From the NCBI RefSeq assembly GCF_964355755.1, contig NC_092678.1:4046422-4110421 (forward strand): a stretch of DNA of 64,000 nucleotides, in the 5' to 3' direction. Both the position numbers and the translations under genes were made by a program. Positions 47,801 through 61,025 of the stretch are shown one piece after another. Source of the DNA: Antedon mediterranea. Its lineage: Eukaryota > Animalia > Echinodermata. Each line of letters starts with the position of its first letter. Positions within the stretch are counted from its first letter, which is position 1. The notes under the pieces were generated by a model, which saw only the letters and a program-made list of their open reading frames with translations, did no database searches and was not told the DNA's origin.

Positions 47801-49234
47801 GAAACCAAAACGCACTTAATCGTCCATACTCCATAAAAGCGGTGTTTTATTATTTAGAGATGTATTATTTATGGTATAGTCCTATGCATTAATTTCAATT
47901 TAATAAGAGATACATTAATCAACTAAACACCAAAAAAAACATACAAAGTAAAACAAATGGCGGTAGGATTGAAGAAGATCAAATTCAATTAGTCAAATAT
48001 CACTCATTTATAATAATTGTTACACGTGTTACGGTATCGTTTATTAGTGGTTGGTATATTTTCGATTTACGTACGATTCGTGGATAATCAATTAAGATAT
48101 CTTGTTTGTCCCTGGCGTCCTTCATTGTTGTTATCTTACTTAAGTGGGAAAACGAAATTAATAAGAATGGTCATATGATTGTCTTTGCTCTTCAAAAGTA
48201 GGTCAACAAAGTAGACCAGATCGATGTAACTATGTTATGTACTGGTTTCTTGAGGCTAAATAAACCACATTGGTTACCAGTTTGGAAACATGATAGTTCA
48301 TGCAATTTTAATGTTATTAAAATTCAGTTCCTATCACCCGGAACCAAAAAAATCATCCCACGGTGGCACCACCTTTGCACGCGCGCGTAACTCTTAGCTT
48401 ACCATGCACGTCACTGACGAAACGATTATAATGTGTAATGAAACAATAGATCTCGGACAATTGTTGTCTTTTATTTTGTTGATATTGAAGAATGTAATCA
48501 AAAAGCTCGTTTCCTACAGAGCAAGTAATGTGCCCAATCACAAGCGGATGATCCGTCGCTTGTCATTATTTAAATTACTTGCGTTAGGCGTACGTACGTG
48601 GAAATCAAGCTTAAGGTAGATCCTCGAAATGTAAACAAGAGGGTATACTGTTTCAGGTATATTTTTTTAAAGATTACGTTTGTCAGTATCCTACTTACAG
48701 TAACTCTCAATTGATTTATTAGGTCTAATTTTCAAAATGGGATAGGGTGGATTTTGCTTGCTTTGCTATCCATCGTGCACTTGACATTGATTTTGAATCG
48801 CGTGCAATCTTTGACATTTACAATGTTTTACCTGAAATAATTTTGCTTTCTGTGTCAATCAAGTGGCTTATACAAATGTTTTAAATAACATTTATTTGAA
48901 GGATGTCATCTGTTAGATGTTTCTACTGTAGTGTTATAATTGCCAAACAGGTGCCACAAGTCACTCGTTTTATTCAAGTTCGTTGTTTCATTTCGTGCAC
49001 TTTTTAAGCTAAGCATTTCCATTTTTCTACTTCCAATTCATTCAGGTGCTTTAATGCACATTCAGATTTTTAAAATACAATGTAACCTGTTACTATGTCA
49101 AATAAAAGACAAATGATTTTTATGCTTATGTCGAATCCAACCTAAACTTGATTCGTATAAGCCCAACCAGCTTGGGATTCCCTTATATAACATTTTCTGA
49201 GTTCGATTCTGGAACTAGTTTCCGGAAACAATAT

Positions 49235-49396
49235 TCCAAAAACGGTAATCCGAAAATTAATTCCGCAAACGGTATTACGCAATCGGTATTCCGCAAACGG
49301 TATTCCGAAACTATGTAAACAAATATTCCGAAAACGGTACGGTATTCCGGAAACGGTACGGTATTCCGGAAACGGTACGGTATTCCGGAAAAGGTA
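49235..49396. repeat. Tandem repeat of 14-bp and 19-bp units (attccg[c/g]aaacggt[acggt])
   Basis: Directly visible repeat units. Confidence 0.85.
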
Positions 49397-52300
49397 ATCA
49401 AAGTTTTTTCAGTGCCAGATAAATTGATGGATGTTTAAGAGCGGAAATTCTGTAGTTACTGTATACAACAGTGGTTACTTTCTACCGTTATGCAACTAGA
49501 TAGATCAGTCACAAATACTCGATTAGATGACTGATTGTCAACATCTTATAATAGATATGAAATATTCTTAATTAATACATCATTAAAACATTCCGTTTCT
49601 CCGTAGTTCTAATTAATACAATACGTGTAGTGAAATCAAATTTGTAAATATTATATAAACAAATTAGGCTTACCTCGGTTTGGTTTATGGCAATACGACA
49701 AGTATGATTAAGTCCCATGTTTATCACAGGTACTGTATTTATGTTTAATCGAGGTAATGATGATCAAGACGCATCAAACAGAAATCTGATTTTTCTCTTG
49801 TCTTCAGCGGCTATATACATTGTGACAGATGATCATCTGCCAGCAACCCGTAGGCAAATGAACCTTGGAAGTAAATTGCAATATAAATTGGTTTCTAACG
49901 AGTGCGTTAAATGGCATAAAACGCTTTCCGTAGATTGAGTACTCTGGTAGGCGGGTCGAGTTTTTGCCAATTAGCGTGTTTTCCGATATCATTAGATCAG
50001 GAGACGGCTTAAGCGGTTAAAGCATGTGACCCAATATCATTCTTACTCCACTGTTCGCCTCCGAGCTCATAATAACTACAGAAATATGATACTACGGTAC
50101 TTATAACGTGCACACCTTGATTGTCAAGCCCAGTAAATAATTTAAAGAAAACGCCTCACTGACAAATAAAAATCGGAATAAACATTTCACCGCATGGCAA
50201 ATGTTCAATGCCACGATGAAACACATTAAATATTCCATGGTTTTGAGTAGAATTTTGAGTTTAAGTTTCACAGAATAATTGCTGTGACGTCACGCGATAC
50301 TGTATTTTGACGTAAACAATTTTTAAGATGTTCTAATTATCGTTTTCAAAAAGTGCATTAGGCTATGTTCTAAGAATATTTGTCCTTACAAATAAAATTA
50401 CCATTAATAGATTAATTCGAAAACCTATTTATTGCTATATTTTAGTAAATGTCAAAGGCAGGAGTCGCAAACAGTATAAAGCGTACCAAAAGTATCTATG
50501 CATATCAACTCTGTATCCCTCCGTGATGTCAAACTAAAGAAATGTCATGCACTCCATGATGATGAGAGTAAAATGCACGTGCGTGATATATGGTACGCCT
50601 TTAAGTGACGAAAAATCAACGACAATCGATAGCTACTCCTACATGCGTTACATTCTAAACGGGCTAGTTGAAACTTAATATAATTGAAATGAAATACATT
50701 TAATTAGACTTTAAACTCATGTGTTTAGGATCTCACCAAAGGAAAAAACCGATAATAGTAAATTTATTTTGTAAAGACGAACAAAAATAAGGTGAAGGAG
50801 GTTAAATGCTCCCTTGAGACTAGGCCTAGATAAGTTTTGTTCGGAGATTTGTTAGCAATTGAGTATTTTATCATATAATTTATGCCTTAAATAAAAAGAG
50901 GATTCAGTTTGTATACTTTACAGTGCTTTACACAATTTACAATATGATTTACGTTACAATGTATGCCTATACTGTTATGTGTTACGCAATCGTGAACAAA
51001 AAATGAAATATAACAGTGACCTTTGACTGTGTATTAACATTCGTTTAAATGTATGTAAAGCAGTTTAGTGACCAGACGACATGAAATACTTGAGTTTGAG
51101 TGAATCAAATGTGTTTGATTGATTTTCAGATCAAAAGCATTTCACATCGATTATATGTCTTCGTTTGAAGACATATGACACATAATAGTTTCAACTGCGT
51201 AAAACTATGCGAAAGTTCATGACCATATATATAAAATAAGTTTACCACAAATGAATTTACATTTCGTTTTTTAATGGTGAATGTATGTATATTTCGCACT
51301 ATCGTTACTACTGACAGCCCTATAATATAATAACTTGTATTTCTCAGCCTATTAAATTGCAATTCTGTTATTTAGAATACTGTTGATGTATGTGGTACTT
51401 ACATTGTACACAGATGTTCGTTTATCTTTCTCGATTATTGACTTTTTATTAAACAAACATAATTGGTTAGGAGAACATGCTGTTAATGCTTTGTTGTTAA
51501 TAAAAATGTACAAAAGACGATTTTTTTTGGCATTTCTACCTTTAACCTCAGATAATAACCTGTTTCTATTGCTCCCAAGTCAAGAAGCAACAATTCTTTT
51601 TCTCCATTTTAAACCATTAAATCTACAGTACCACTGCACCATATTTAGACACGCACGCACCAGATAGGAGTGTGTCATGCACATTTTCAAATATACCGTG
51701 GACGCTGATTAATATACGTTTTTTAGTAGGCCTATCAGTTTCGTTTGTGATTAATTAATAAGAGAAATGTTTATAACGTTGTTTATTTTGTTGCATTATT
51801 TTAGGTTACCGTACAGCATACATGTAGTTTGCCAAAGATACCAGAGTGGTTTTCAAAAACAACATTTTTGTTTTCATTCAAAGTACATTACTGCTCAGAA
51901 CAACATATGATGACGCACGTAAGATTTAAAGATGAGTTATTACAAATTTGAGCAAGCGTAATTAATGATTATAAATATGGTATTCAGCTCATTGTTAAAC
52001 ATAGTTGTAATAACAAGGACGGATTCGGATCTTTCATTAGGACTGTTTTTCATTCATTCTGCTTTTATTCAATATTTCTCTTTGCAGTATATATAAAATA
52101 AAACTGAATTGCGAGAGATTTACATATAAAATTGGTACAAGCTTTCAAACATCAAAATTTACAACATTAAAAAGTTAAAAAGTTAAAAAAAGTATTTTAA
52201 AAAGGAGATATTACACATGGAAAAAACTGATGGAAGTACTTTTTGCTGACCTTTTGGTTATAAATGGTTTATTCAGTTTGTAAATGGTCAGAAGTCGCAT

Positions 52301-53861
52301 GTTTTAGGTGAGATGCAGTGTGTTTTACCCTTGCTATATTAAACATGAAGATAATACAGTAGTAACATAGTACATATTGACTTACTGATTCGAATGCATT
52401 TAAAGAATAAGTTAATTTATTTCCCCCCAAACTCTGTTTGGGGGGGGGGGGGGGGGGTGGAGTTTAAAATGTTGATGTGTAACGAAAAGCAAGCAAAAGC
52501 TACTGTGCATTATATTTATTTTAGTTATGTTAGAAGAACACATAACCTCGCAAAATGATGTACATAAAGTATAAATCAAATTACCAAAGGCCTGATTATA
52601 TTTAAATAAAATCCTCGAAAGATGAATGATCAATGAATAAAGCTCTTTCAACACTCTCAAACTAGTTTGACAAAAAAAGTACAATGTGCCCAAATATGGT
52701 AGTGATATGATCGTGTCATAATCATCGTGTCCATGGGCACATCACATTCTTTTCACATAAAATTAGACAGAGCTTTACACTTGCTTGCCACTATAAGACG
52801 CAATACATGACCATGAAAGAAAGTTGGTCATCCCAAAACTATAAACAAAAACAATAAAAAAGAAAACCATTGGATCCGATCATTTTAAAGCCACATAAAA
52901 TAGATGCAATGCAACTTATGGGGCTAACCCTACTCCCTCAGCATGAACTCATTACGCAAAATCCCTCAAGTATCCACAAAATTGTTTCGAGTTAAACTCT
53001 TCAATTTTCATTTACTTAAACTTGAATAGTGTTCATTTATACCAAATTCAATAACACCGGGTTTGAAACTCGAGACAATTGAGATGGCAACAAGCACCCA
53101 CTGAGCCGCAGAGTAAACCGTTTTGAAGCGATTTTAGTTGATTTCGTTCAGTAGTTTTTCCTGTATTGAAAGTATCTAGTTCACGTAGGAGTAAACGCAA
53201 CATAATAGTCATGTATATACGAAAGTAAATTAAATCACCTGAAGCGAGTTTGTAAACCAAATGAAATAAACAGAATATCCATGTACAGCAGGTAGCACGC
53301 CCGACCTTTCTTCTCATACCCAGAGAAGCCTAATTTGCCATCAGACTATACCTGATAATTTGTTAACATTGCTCCAAAGAGGAGTCCTTATTCGGATGGG
53401 AAGACCGACAATATTTCTGCATCATTTCGAATTATTATTTTATTACCAATTGACCACCCTAAGAACCGACCGCCGGGCACTTGCGTGTGCATAGGCCTAT
53501 CATATCCTATATTTATAGTTAAACATGCAAAAAGTAATTCAACACAACAAATCTAAATATTAATCTCACAAACCACTACTAAATCGTAAAAGTGGACTAA
53601 GCCCATAGTAAGTGGGTACCCAATCCAAAGGGAACCAATTATTACATGTTCAGGACACATCATGATACTGTGAAGCTTTTGATATGTTCTGATTCTCTCA
53701 GAATGACTTTCAACTCGACAACAGCGAAAATGCGTCGTGAAACGAAAGATAGGTCTATAACGGATAGACGTCGTCAACAACTTTAAAATCCTCTACTAAT
53801 GATGTCAACACAAACGAAGAATTATGTAAATATGAATAGAAATGAATAATGTCAGTAACCG

Positions 53862-53928
53862 AATAATTATCAAATTGAAAATAACAATTTAGTAAATAAT
53901 TATCAAATTGAAAATAACAATTTAGTAA
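53862..53928. repeat. 33-bp tandem duplication
   Basis: aataattatcaaattgaaaataacaatttagta twice. Confidence 0.9.
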
Positions 53929-56900
53929 TTATAATCATCAACCCACGCAGCTAAAATACGGTAGTCGTTAATAAAGTAATTCTCAGAAAAACACTTGAAA
54001 TTAAAAAATAGAACAATGGCACGTGTTCTGCTACTGCCAATGTCCTTTGGGAAAAAAAATATTCACAGTTCAACGTGATAAAAAAAAACCTTTATTTTAT
54101 AAATAATCCAGACCCCTGCGGGGACAATGGAATGTCTTTTGGTAATGACAATGTCCTTTTTAACCGAAAATGTTTATTTAAAATATCAAATGGAAAAAAA
54201 TATTAGAAACCCAAATCACAATTTTCACGCGATAACATTTTTTTTTATATAAAGAAAAACCAGACCCGTATGCGGACAATTCCATGGCTGTAAACAAACA
54301 TACGTTTAATTTTACATTTACATTTAATCAACTATAAAGAGTTGAAACCAAAAACAAACAAATGTGTATCGCTTAGGCCTATACCAAATATTATAAAAAT
54401 AACCAGACCCTACGGGATCGAGATAACACTCACCCAACCTACAGCTATCGTTCATAAACTAAGTATATGGTATACAAACATTATATCAAGCAATCGTTTT
54501 ACTTCACATTGTATTTGAATATAATAATCGTATTGAAACCCGATAAATTAATGAAACTGGTTTACCATGAAGAGAAATAATAATACATGATATAAGGTAA
54601 ATGATATTACTTTAATTTCATAATATTGAATAATTAATGGGAATAGTAGTAGAGAAATAGTATTTACAAGGTCGTGTTTCATAATTTAGTTCATAAATCG
54701 ATTTTTCCCGACTTGTGGCCTTCATTAGCCAAAGTATGTAATAAGCTAGAATGCGATCGCGTAATTTTTATGTGTAATTTTCCAACATTATGTCTAGTGT
54801 AAACCAGTCTTTAAGTAGTAACGACGTAGTCTGAACCAACATTTAGTTTACATATCTGAACGCGTAACACACGTAATTTGACCATTTTTTTTAGAGTGGG
54901 AACCAAGCATGCGTAACTATGACCCGTGAAAACTGCTTTAATGTGAACCATTCCTAATGACAGTCACGCATGGTCAAGATGTGTTTATCAATCACGCCCA
55001 CCATACTTGATTGCGCAGAAAATAGAAAGTTGATTGTCTGGATCATATCATCTATACAGTCAGTGAACCATACCAATACTAATCCTATAGGTTTTATGTT
55101 GTCCATCGGCTGTCGGGCCGAGGATTACAAAAGAGAAACATGAATTTACTTCACTTTACGAACACTTTATCCTGATAAGCTATCTATGATGTTGGAATAC
55201 GAGGTTTTCACTTTCTTTAATAGTTTTCCTTTAGAGTTTAAAGCTACTTTTAGAAAATTATAGCTAAAAAGAAATAACACTTTATGTGAACATTTTCCAA
55301 AAATATCGAATCAGACGTGGACATGATTAACAGTAATTTATATTTTTGGTAATTTCCAAGAGACTTTGCTGCTGCTCGGCATAGAATGAAATTGTCTTAA
55401 AATATCACATGCATTGACGAAAGTTAATCAATATTAACATTCAATAAGTATGAAAATACTATAGTCCTACAGAGGAGTAGCTAAACAATCGATTCAATTG
55501 TCAAATGTCCTCTTATAGTATCACAAATCTTACAGCGAATTTGAGAGCTTTAAATACTAAAAAACCTAGGCCTACTGACAAAACAAGAGATAATACAAAA
55601 CAGACCAGAAAACTCACCATTTATCTTTTTCCATGTACAGCTATGACGATCCGATCATATAGCGTCCAGTCGTTTCAACGTCTGAAAAAGTCGCCGGTGC
55701 GCTCCGCCATCAATACGTAACAAATTCGCTTCTGTTATTTTCAGTAATTAGCCCTGTGCAATTGGATTCCACGCCGAATATTCCTATCGTAAAGCTCCAC
55801 TGACCCTCGTAATGAGACACCTATATAGAGAGGTAAAACGAGAAAGTTATGTAAAGACATAGTAATACTAAATAGGTAGTTTGACGACGAGTATAACAGC
55901 CGGCATCAAGTCATGTTTAATTGAACGACTGCATCTCTAACAAGAGAAATTTTATAATTAATTATAGGATAAATAGGATAAATATCTAATACTGGTAACG
56001 AATATGTGTGATTTCATATTGACCTTCAAATTAGGATGCATACTTATAAGATAGATAATTATGTATCTGTTACTGGTAGTAACAGATAGTACATTCAACT
56101 TATTTTGAAAAAGAAGTGGAAACGTGGAAATTTTGTGTGTGTTAAATCCGCCCTCAACCTCACCACAGTGCCCTCAAACGTCACAACTTACCAGGTTATT
56201 GAATGCTGGTCTACTTTCCCAAGTTTAGTTGATTGAGATTATAGTTTTCTAGAATTGATCAAGTACAGACAATGGACTATATATAGTTTTGAAGGCAATG
56301 ACATAGGACTCCACTCTATATACTCGTTTATTGCAATTGTTGTTAAATGTTAAATAGATTTAATTGGATTAACGTTGCCTTACAATGTATTGCACATCTT
56401 TATAAATACTGTGGCCTTTGTTTTCCTGATTTGTTTGATTCAGTACAAAGATCTTTTAATCACAACGAGTCAATTCTCCAGACTATTATCATCGTTTTAA
56501 TAATATTGTAAGAGGAATTATTACTTAGACCCCTTTTCTATTATTTGTATGATAGTGTAGGTTTATGTTAATCGCATTAGGTGCACTTAAACAATTCGTA
56601 ATAGTATAGAGAGAATTATTTTTTCTGTGACCATCGGAGGTCTCAAAAGTATAAAACTAGGTCCTATATTTAACCCAATCCATGACATACGGTAGCTTGA
56701 CTCCATCAGCGTACTTTTCCAAGATCAGTAGCTTAAATCACTTTAGATGTTGTATTGCGATGGCATTACCAACATCTTACTATAAGTAAGCACTTAGTCC
56801 TACATATCTATTTACAATAAATCATCCGAGTATTTAACATTGATCGTCGGCTTCCATACCATCACATAAATATATACCATTTTACAACGTAACCTGAACA

Positions 56901-59900
56901 CTGCGCTGTAGCCTTTTGCTAGCACTTTTTGTGATATCTCGTAAATAATACGGTAAATCGACGTTGAAAGGATCTTCATCTGTTAACGTGCCGAGTTCTT
57001 CTTCGGTTTAATACCTAATCCGTAAATATTTACATAGGCCTGAAATGGTATTCATACGTACGAAGCATGGGCTTCAAGTGGTACCGTATTTCCCACCATG
57101 CACTGTTCCATGAATCTATGCTGCCAAAACACCCCAAACTTCTTTAACTCAATACCACGGAGACCGAATAATTTACGGAAGCGCGAAAATCGGCTGAAGA
57201 AAAAATTGCCATGGAAAAGTTCAAACACGGCACGAAAGAGACAGGAGATTTTATTTATGAAAAATAGTGCGACTGCGAAATACAGTATTTGACGTAATCA
57301 TGTACTTAGGAAGTTTTGGTATTCATCTAATGGTTGAAGAAGTGTATAAATTGATATTTAATTATTTTAGTGTTGAGACTTAAAAACGATTGACGATTTG
57401 AGAACACGTATCATCTTGATAAATAGCAAAATAGTGTCCTCATTAACCGGTTGATCGATGCATACGTGGATATTACGCTGCAACTACATCGCTTAATGAC
57501 CTTTGAACTTATATACATATCAATTATTAAATGACATTTGTTAGAAGTAAGATGGTCGGAGTGTTCAAATTTTGATGTTGAGTAATTCATCAATATTCGA
57601 CAAACCAGGGAAGAGTCATTTCACTATTTCCTGGCCGCACGCGTTGAAAAGATGGTACAGGATTTGTACGCGCGCGTTGACTTCCTGTCTTGATGAACTA
57701 CCGGTAATTAGGAGACTTTTTATGATTTGTGAAATACTATATCTCATACTGTACATCGTTGAACTTCTGACTAAAAACTACATTCATTAAGATTCATTTA
57801 TGTATTTTTTGACAAATTGTTTAACCTCGAGTACAGACTCGTAATAATTTATGAAATTTAATAAACTAAAAACTACATTTAATAGAATTAATTTTAAATA
57901 TTTTTTTGTCGAAAGCAAAGCATTCCAATTTACTCTTCGTATGTGCCTAGAAAAATAAAAAGATAATTTAGAAAAACTATTTAAGTCACATAATGCCCTA
58001 AGAGAAAAACAATCTGCACGTTCACTCGTGGTACAATCTGAGTCATAGATCCTTACATAAAGAACACCCTTAAAATGATACCAAACCTACTATTAATGAA
58101 ATGGTACAATAAGCTACTGTATACACATACGATATAACATCTAACCATATAAACAAACATTTGAAGCCCGACTTTTATATCTTAATTACTGTATGACCCT
58201 TCGGTCATTAAGCAACTTTAAACATTGGACACAAGCAAGAAATCATTTTTATAAGAAATCCGTTAGTAGAGTCAATTGTTCTGGTATTTACCGGTGGGAA
58301 ATGCCACATACATAATGTATTTAAAAACAATTGTAATCGTCAAAATGGAAAACATTTGTTGTGTAAAAATATCACCAAAGCCCCACGGCACAATCGTCTA
58401 TATTTAGAAGTTTTCTACCAAAACAAAACACTTCGTTGTTGAGAAATAAGCATTATTGTCACCATTACGAAATTTTTTTTTGAATTGGTGTTTATCACTA
58501 TCATACTCTGCGCGATGATTTTGATGATATGCGACAATACTTTTCCATTTAGCCCCGAGCGACATATTTATGGAATGCGACAAAAGGCCATTTTTTGTGT
58601 CCATATTAGTACCAATGTCGTCGGTTGATCAGCATACTAAAGAAATTAAACCAAGCGGGACATTAAACAAATTGAGTCGTTTTCTCGTGGTACCACGTGC
58701 GCACTCTTGCTTTTGATAGTGTCCTATGCGCGTTGTAAACATGACGTATTATCGTGCGCGCGATTAAAGTGTCTATCGTAGTGAGGCAGTTGTCTTATTT
58801 CAAGACAAATTGATAAAAACATCTGATTAAATATGAACAAATATATTTCTTAATCCATTAGCGTAACTACAATCGGATCACTGTTTTGCCAAATGTAAGC
58901 TAATCATATAATAACCATCATTGATATATTTTTTTAGTTTTATTGGCAAGATAGCTAAAGTGTAGTGAAGTTTGCCTCTGGGCACACAATCGTCATAACA
59001 CAGACATAATGTTGTCTGAACTTTCGCATTTCCTCTGTCATCATCACCACATCTTGCATAGGATGATCATAATTTGAATATTATTTTTTCCTTTCAAACT
59101 ACTTTACTTTCTTCTTTTAAACTCTGTTTCTGCAGGTTTATCGGCATCCTTTGATCTTTAAACAAAAGAGAATTTCACCAAACAGACAACCGTAATTTGT
59201 ATATTCCTATGTTTATATAATAATACTAGAAATGATTTTAAAAATAAGCAGTCCTATGAATGTGTAAGCTCTCATAAATCACCGTCGGCCGGATAGCGCA
59301 TTGAGTAACAAATATTGAAAAAATATTATTTGAGTTTGGCATCGATACTTTTCAATAGTGACGTAACATAATTACGTATTTTGACACGCGGAATTTGTAC
59401 GTGCGCGTAAAATGGATGTGTTCATTGTGCTAATAGAATTATCAGCATATACACGCGTGTAATTTGTATTTGAATCCGCTATCGATTTTAAATCATATGA
59501 AACATATAGTGATAGTTTACTTAGCACTCGAATTTAACTCGAATAAATACACGATTTTACTAAATGACGTCTTTACGATGCAAAACCTTGGAAACGGTGA
59601 AGCGTTATTCCAATTTCTGATTAGTTTGTAAATTTGACTTCAAAATAATGTGTTAATTTCCAAGCAAGTAATTGAGAATTATGAATTTGATCAGCAATTA
59701 GCAGTGTTGTGATTAAATCTGGTAACATGTTCCCAGAAAAAATCAAGGACACTTTCTAGTTTGCATGTTTTAAATAAAAAAAACTATATTCGCGCAATAA
59801 AATTTTCCTTAAAAAGCAATTTTCTTTTGGCTTTCTTTTATTTGATAATCTTATTTGCTATATTGTTACTTGGCAAAATGCTTGTACGTTTTTTTTGCAC

Positions 59901-60923
59901 GTTAACTTTCTTACCATGCTGATAAATCTTCCAAAAAAATGTATCATATTTAGCCTATTGGTGGCGTTAAAAAATCTTATTACAATCTCGAGTTATTGTC
60001 ATCAATAAAATAGCACGACCCTGTCGCTCTTTGCAAAGTATTTCGCTCAAATTCTGGGTGCTTAATTGTTTATTTTATGATATTATACAATTCATTTAAG
60101 TTTCATTTCGACTTCCTTCCCTCAGGACTATTGTCAAAGGATTTATTACACAAAAATGTTAATTTTCTTTAACATATTCAATCATTAAGTCAGTCCAAAA
60201 GAATGTATATATAACCTCACACTGGGGAAACTGTAGAAGTGATTTAAAAAAAAGAGAAGATATTTGTCATGTCCAATCTAAATAGATCTAATTGAACGAG
60301 AATGTATTTAAATTGATTAATGTGAAGTCACAGTGGCGGGAAACCTGTTTGATCAGGACCAGATTAAAGACAACTGACATGATGTTAGATCCACACGACG
60401 ACTTATCTTGATGGCCGTCAAAGATATCGTTCCAACTGCGTTCAAAACGCGTTCCCATCATGAAATCAGCAAGAAACCAACGCAATTAGTCGGTCTTCAT
60501 ACTGTTAATTGTTAGGTCTGTGTTTGGTCCTCAAAGTTTTTGTGCAAGTATGTTGCATGTTTAATGTAATATTCTCTCGACAAGCTGATTGCCCGTACTA
60601 GTTTTCATCATGATTTAATTAACACGAATAAACCACTTCGCGGATTTAACTATGTAAACGAGCATTATCAATGAAGAGCGAGTCATTGGTTCTGGTCGCT
60701 TTTTTGTAAATGTTAAGAAACTTTAATTTAATTTAAATGTTTCAAATTATTTTAGAATCATATAACTGTGATGGTGCTAGTTACTACCGTATTCGTTAAT
60801 CGTGATTAATTTATAAATGTAATAATGCATAACGGTATAAACACGTAGCAACAAGCTGGGTAGGCCTACACGTTTGTTCATTGCTGTTATCGATATGTGT
60901 TATGTACTTAACAGGTTATCGTA

Positions 60924-61025
60924 GACGCAACGCAAGCGATTGGACCAATCACAATCGACAATAATACATCTCTTGTTGTCAAGTCACTTACGTTGCGCTT
61001 ACGTCCTATTAGGAACCAAGCTTTA
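60924..61025. mobile_element. Degenerate copy of the 36394 MITE family
   Basis: gacgcaacgcaagcg..gaccaatcacaa...cttacgttgcgcttacgtcct..ggaaccaagcttta. Confidence 0.65.

Noticed and set aside
57088-57106. ZNF143/Staf-like TTCCCACCATGCACTG as a promoter of another snRNA gene
   Set aside because: No recognisable RNA gene nearby; a single motif is insufficient.
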